Source: Candidatus Micrarchaeia archaeon (GTDB lineage: Archaea; Micrarchaeota; Micrarchaeia; Burarchaeales; JAVZCV01). From it: a DNA stretch of 52,060 nucleotides. The stretch is taken from contig JAVZCV010000003.1 of NCBI GenBank assembly GCA_038874215.1, positions 1 through 52,060 of the forward strand. The letters are read 5' to 3'. A model generated the notes under the pieces. The model worked only from the letters and a program-made list of their open reading frames with translations. It was not told the origin of the DNA and made no database searches. Positions 47,749 to 52,060 of this stretch are shown here, one piece after another; positions within the stretch are counted from its first letter, which is position 1; each line of letters opens with the position of its first letter. The position numbers and the translations under genes were made by a program.

Positions 47749-48161
47749 TGCTCATGCCAAAAAAAGTGCAGCTGATATTTCCCCCAGAAATATCAAAGGA
47801 GCCTATAACATCAGAGACAATACTAAAAACAGGAACTCCGTTCAACCTTCTCCGTGGCGAAATCGGGCTTGCGAAAAGTGAGATAATAGGGGAGATAATG
47901 GGGGATGAAAAACGAGCGCGTGAGTTCATATCCGAATTAAAAAAGCGTGGGGTTATAGTAAATGAGATAGAATCGCTCATAAAGCACGATAAAGATAAGT
48001 GCGTCAACTGCGGCTATTGCATTTCTCTCTGCCCGACCGATGCGCTTACGATGGATAAAGAGGTAAAGCTTAAAGTTGACTTCTCAAAATGCGTGCTCTG
48101 CAGGATGTGCGTGAAAAACTGCCCTGTGCAGGCGTTTGCATACTCTAATTTATATGAGTAG
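47745..48161 (+). CDS. NIL domain plus 2x[4Fe-4S] ferredoxin (MA1822-like)
   Basis: FNLL in the NIL domain; CVNCGYCISLCP and CVLCRMCVKNCP. Confidence 0.9.
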   Translation: MMLMPKKVQLIFPPEISKEPITSETILKTGTPFNLLRGEIGLAKSEIIGEIMGDEKRAREFISELKKRGVIVNEIESLIKHDKDKCVNCGYCISLCPTDALTMDKEVKLKVDFSKCVLCRMCVKNCPVQAFAYSNLYE

Positions 48162-48176
48162 GTAAAATATGAGCTT

Positions 48177-48872
48177 ATGTTATACGAAAAGACAGTAATT
48201 CTCAAGGAAACGAATGTTATGATAAAGGCTAATACGAAGAGGGCTGTTGCTAATGCTGAAAGCGCACTGATAAGATGCAGGCAGGAATTAGAGAATTACA
48301 TAGAGCGCGACAGAACATTCCTGACTTCGCTCGCTCCTGTTGATGTTTCGCCTTCTGCGCCAGATATAGTTAAGGGCATGGCTGAGGCGGCAAGGGAAAT
48401 GAACGTTGGGCCTATGGCATCTGTCGCAGGAGCGATAGCCGATGCAATGCTTGACGCTGCATTATCGGCGGGTGCAACTACGGCTATCGTGGAGAATGGA
48501 GGGGATATAGCAGTCTATGTTGGAAAGGGTGAGGGTGATATTGAAGTAGGGATATACGCTGGCAATTCTCCTTTTTCCGAAAAAATAGGGCTTAGAATTA
48601 GGGATGGAACTGGGAGGATGGGGGTATGCACAAGCTCAGGAACTGTTGGGCATTCTCTTAGCTTCGGTAAAGCTGATGCAGTAGTTGTTGTTGCCGATAA
48701 CGCAACCCTTGCGGATGCAGCCGCAACCTCAATAGGCAACATGGTTTCAGAAAAGGAGGACATAACCACAGCGATAGCGCGCGCTAAGAAAATGAGGATC
48801 CATGGCGTTATCATAATAATTGACAATTTTATGGGTGTTTGGGGGAATCTTCCGCAAATTGTGAGGGTTTGA
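48177..48872 (+). CDS. UPF0280/ApbE-like protein (MA1715-like, sulfide assimilation)
   Basis: VGPMASVAG, ENGGD, TSSGTVGHSLSFG and ADAAAT motifs. Confidence 0.9.
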   Translation: MLYEKTVILKETNVMIKANTKRAVANAESALIRCRQELENYIERDRTFLTSLAPVDVSPSAPDIVKGMAEAAREMNVGPMASVAGAIADAMLDAALSAGATTAIVENGGDIAVYVGKGEGDIEVGIYAGNSPFSEKIGLRIRDGTGRMGVCTSSGTVGHSLSFGKADAVVVVADNATLADAAATSIGNMVSEKEDITTAIARAKKMRIHGVIIIIDNFMGVWGNLPQIVRV

Positions 48873-48884
48873 TTGTATTAAGAT

Positions 48885-51800
48885 TCATCCTCGCCTTATC
48901 CAAATGTACACCAACTCCACGAGAGCAACAACCAGCCCCGCAGCAGGGAATACAACCACCCCCAATATAAGAGGGGCTGAGAATAGAAGGAGAGCATAGA
49001 ACCTGTTCCTTTTTGCGGAGTAGTACAGATAAGCAGAGATTGAGGAGAGGAAGAGAAGCGCAAGCCATAGTGAATCGCAAAGAACTTTGCATACAAAGCC
49101 GCTGCACTCAAAAGGAGCACAGCCCTGCTTTGGCGCAACAGTTTTCACAATTTCGAAGATAGGGGTGGGTTTGACTATCTGGCAAATATAGTCTATGCAT
49201 CTTCCTTCTGCGCAATCCTCATCCCTTATGCATGCCTCGTTCAGTTTTCTTTTTTCTGGGGGCTTTATGATTATTGTAGTGCAGACTGAGTTGTTGCAGA
49301 AACCTTCCTCGCATTCCACAGTTGTGTTGCACGGTGAGCCAAGGGGAGCTGGTGCCCTTTTCATCGGCGGAATTGTGCATACCCCATTCATGCATATCCC
49401 ATCGCAGCATTGAGAGGAGGAGTTGCATGGAAACCCACTTGGAAAGCAGGGAATGCACCTGTTGTTGACATATTTCCCTATGCAACAGATCTTTTCGCCT
49501 TCACTTAGATTGAGGGCTTTCCTTATTTCCTCTGGCGGGACAACGCATGCGGCCTTCTTCCCCACATCAGCTGGAGTTCCGCCTGTTTGCGATGGAGTTC
49601 TGCTACATATGCTGTTTATGCATTCGCCTCCAGGGCAGCATGGGAGGATTAAGCAGCTTGCATGGAGAGGTGCGCAGAGAGATGGGGACATGCACATGCC
49701 GTTTATGCATATGTTTGGTGAGCAGCAGTCTGCATCAGAGCTGCATTCTCCACCTTGCTGGATGCATAAGGAACACCTGCCCATTAAGCACACTCCCTCG
49801 CAGCACTGCATGGAGCTTTCGCATGCATCGCCTATTTTTCTGCATGAGGTGCATATGGAATTCCTGCAGAGAAGGCCTTCGCAGCATTCTGCATCAGTGG
49901 AGCAGGAGCGATTTTCCTTTCTGCATGCTGGAATTATGCTCAGGCTCCATGTTTCTGAGGAGTATGAGATGCCTGATTCATCTTGGCAAACAACCTTCCA
50001 TGAGTAGTTTCCAGTTTGCAGGAGGAGAGTGAATGAGGTTTGGGTTTCGCTGTTTATGTAAAGTGAGCAGTTATGCAGGTTTGTGGAGTATGTGAAGGAT
50101 ACCTGCGTTCCTTCTGAGAATGATGATCCATCTGGGGGAGAAATGAGGTTAACGTATGGAGCTGGCTGCTCGCATGAGATGATGGTTATTTGGATTTCTT
50201 TTTGTAGATAGCCTGGCTTGAAAAACCTCATCAGGTATGTGCCTCTCTGGAGGAGAGTTGATGCTATGCCTTCTGAATTGGTGAAGAGGTCTGCTATCTT
50301 CTCAAGGGGTGTTGTTTTCAGGTATATTGAGATGAGGACGTTTGGGAGGGGCGATGAGCCATCGTATGTAGTGATGTTTATTGGGTTGTCCTCGCATCTT
50401 CCATCCACTCTAACTGATATTGTTCTTTCTGGCTCCTCTTCTGGCGGTGGTGTAGGAGGCGAGTATGTGAACTCCGCATGAGCTTCTCCAACGTTCCCAG
50501 CAGTATCGTTCGCATATACCGTGAGGTTGTTTACACCCTCCACCGCTGTTATGGTTGTGTTTGGCGTGAAGGTTGTGTTTTCTCCTCCATTCAGCGAATA
50601 CCACCACGTGTCAATATCCTCGTCTGCTGATACGTTGAGCTGAATTGTTTGCGTGGTATATGTGGTATTCTCGGGTGAGTGGATTGTTATCGTGGGTGGG
50701 GTGGTATCTGGGGGTGGTCCTCCTCCAAAGAGTATCATGTTAACAGTCTTGCTCTCGTTTATCGTCTCGTTCGTTGAGTTTGTTTCATAGCCTGTTTTGT
50801 TTGCTGTGAAGTTGTGGAGAGAGTAAACTATGTTTCCTCCTGCTCCTCTAAACATCGTGTCGTTCAGGATATACCAGTCGGTTAGCCCATTCGCTCCTGT
50901 TGTTCCCATATCTTCTGTTAGTGATTGGTTGTTCGTGTAGTTTGCAGATGCGCTTTCTATTGGAGTTCCCTCAGGTGTTGTTATGTTCAGCCTGACATAC
51001 CACTGGACTGTTACGTTAAATGCTGCTGTCGGGGAAGTCCCGTATGCTATTGCTGAGCGGTTCAGGTTTGTGATGTTGAGGAGGAAGTTGTTGCCAGCAG
51101 AACGTATATACGTTTGGTTTACCGATTGTCCGAGGAATGTGCAGTTGGAGATTATGTTGTTTGATGCGCTGTAAAAGTAGAGTTTTGGTACACTTGTCCG
51201 TGTCGTGTTGAGTATGCAGTTGGAGAGGGTGTTGTTGTGGGAGGAGGAGAGGTAGGTGACGTAGGCGTAGTAGCCGTTTGTGGAGATGTTGAAGTTGGAG
51301 AGGGTGTTGTTGTGGGAGGAGGGGAGGTAGATGCCATAGGCATAGTGACCTGAGGTAGATATGTTGAAATTGGAGAGGGTGTTGTTGTGGGAGGAGGGGA
51401 GGTAGATGCCATAGGCATACTCGGCTGAGGTGGAGATGTTGAAGTTGGAGAGGGTGTTGTTGTGGGAGGAGATGAAATGGATGCCATAAGAATAAGAACC
51501 CGTTGTAAATGTGTTGAAGTTAGTGAAATATGAGTTAGATGAATTGTGGAGGTTTAGGGCCCTTCCTGGTGTTGTAAGGGTTATGTTTGTTGCTTTTGCG
51601 CCATTTGAGAAGGCGAATAGAAGTCCATCTGTTATTGTTGAGTTTTCAAGCACCACATCAGGACAGCCTGCAAAGCCTACGAATGAGGCGTTGGAGAAGT
51701 TGAGGGGAGAAGTTGGGCAGTCAAGGGAGTAGCCTGTTGCGTAGTAGTAGATTGGGATGTCACGTATTGAAACGTTGGTGAAGTTGTGCTGGTAGTGGGA

Positions 51801-52060
51801 AAGTTCTGTACCTGTAAGGTATAGGCTGTTTGATTGGGTTGAATTTAGAGAAAAGTTTAGGAGGGTGTTGTTGTGGGAGGAATCAAGATAGGTGGCGTAT
51901 GCGTAGGAGCCGTTTGTGGTGATGGTGAAGTTTGAGAGGGTGTTGTTGTGGGAGGAGATGAAATGGATGCCATAAGAATAAGAACCCGTTGTAAATGTGT
52001 TGAAGTTAGTGAAATATGAGTTAGATGAATTGTGGAGGTTTAGGGCCCTTCCTGGTGTTG
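48885..52060 (-). CDS. Large cell-surface protein (5' truncated): beta-helix/NosD-like repeats, Ig-like domains, Cys-rich knottin-like region, C-terminal TM helices
   Basis: I read the frame as open from 52058 to the stop at 48885. GIYLxSSHNNTLSN repeats, DTTPPTITI.SP Ig-like domain, C-C-CC-C-C modules and many NxS/T sequons. Confidence 0.85.
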   Translation of the reverse strand, partial: TPGRALNLHNSSNSYFTNFNTFTTGSYSYGIHFISSHNNTLSNFTITTNGSYAYATYLDSSHNNTLLNFSLNSTQSNSLYLTGTELSHYQHNFTNVSIRDIPIYYYATGYSLDCPTSPLNFSNASFVGFAGCPDVVLENSTITDGLLFAFSNGAKATNITLTTPGRALNLHNSSNSYFTNFNTFTTGSYSYGIHFISSHNNTLSNFNISTSAEYAYGIYLPSSHNNTLSNFNISTSGHYAYGIYLPSSHNNTLSNFNISTNGYYAYVTYLSSSHNNTLSNCILNTTRTSVPKLYFYSASNNIISNCTFLGQSVNQTYIRSAGNNFLLNITNLNRSAIAYGTSPTAAFNVTVQWYVRLNITTPEGTPIESASANYTNNQSLTEDMGTTGANGLTDWYILNDTMFRGAGGNIVYSLHNFTANKTGYETNSTNETINESKTVNMILFGGGPPPDTTPPTITIHSPENTTYTTQTIQLNVSADEDIDTWWYSLNGGENTTFTPNTTITAVEGVNNLTVYANDTAGNVGEAHAEFTYSPPTPPPEEEPERTISVRVDGRCEDNPINITTYDGSSPLPNVLISIYLKTTPLEKIADLFTNSEGIASTLLQRGTYLMRFFKPGYLQKEIQITIISCEQPAPYVNLISPPDGSSFSEGTQVSFTYSTNLHNCSLYINSETQTSFTLLLQTGNYSWKVVCQDESGISYSSETWSLSIIPACRKENRSCSTDAECCEGLLCRNSICTSCRKIGDACESSMQCCEGVCLMGRCSLCIQQGGECSSDADCCSPNICINGMCMSPSLCAPLHASCLILPCCPGGECINSICSRTPSQTGGTPADVGKKAACVVPPEEIRKALNLSEGEKICCIGKYVNNRCIPCFPSGFPCNSSSQCCDGICMNGVCTIPPMKRAPAPLGSPCNTTVECEEGFCNNSVCTTIIIKPPEKRKLNEACIRDEDCAEGRCIDYICQIVKPTPIFEIVKTVAPKQGCAPFECSGFVCKVLCDSLWLALLFLSSISAYLYYSAKRNRFYALLLFSAPLILGVVVFPAAGLVVALVELVYIWIRRG
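51220..51520. repeat. 75-bp (25-aa) tandem beta-helix repeats
   Basis: TTGGAGAGGGTGTTGTTGTGGGAGGAG recurs at 51220, 51295, 51370 and 51445. Confidence 0.9.
51448..52060. repeat. Exact direct repeat of at least 127 bp, 486-bp period
   Basis: 51448-51574 is identical to 51934-52060; the second copy runs off the window. Confidence 0.9.

Noticed and set aside
372-51732. The many antisense or nested ORFs in the six-frame track (e.g. 14449-15060, 32305-32991, 49423-50007, 51152-51487)
   Set aside because: They are shadows of well-supported genes on the opposite strand or in another frame, with no motifs or RBS.
51220-52060. Diversity-generating retroelement target, suggested by NNC-rich codons in the repeats
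   Set aside because: Differences between units include synonymous third positions and non-adenine sites, many AAC codons are invariant, and no reverse transcriptase or template repeat is in the window.

Overview
A gene-dense archaeal chromosome segment. It has BRE/TATA promoters, GGTG-type RBSs, many leaderless or overlapping genes, archaeal-type CoA enzymes and archaeal GlyRS/TrpRS. A DPANN origin, possibly Micrarchaeota-like, is my inference from gene style and orphan content and is not shown by a marker gene. Contents: pantoate kinase and phosphopantothenate synthetase; a dTDP-sugar cluster whose DegT-fold enzyme has the His and Cys signatures of E1/RfbH 3-dehydratases, with a nested flavodoxin; uvsE-tspO; a trimeric [FeFe]-hydrogenase operon (hydC-hydB-hydA plus an ECF S-component-like membrane gene, no maturases in view); glyS; a LysM-like Lrp regulator; glycosyltransferases; a disulfide-rich Kazal/knottin-like lipoprotein; a dapA-lysA-dapL-dapF-dapB lysine operon; hisF and hisIE; trpS; a GalT-like protein; a coaD-yjjX fusion; trpGE; aroA; the methanogen-type homocysteine module (MA1821/MA1822/MA1715-like); and the 3' part of a large beta-helix/Ig/Cys-rich surface protein. 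The strongest leads are: (1) the hydrogenase, whose HydB keeps bifurcation motifs but lacks the C-terminal 2x[4Fe-4S] domain and which is followed by a putative transporter; (2) an identical GTACGAAAAACG operator upstream of both the LysM-like gene and the DAP operon; (3) the E1-like dehydratase paired with a flavodoxin; (4) knottin-like modules shared by two surface proteins. I found no rRNA, tRNA, CRISPR array or mobile element.
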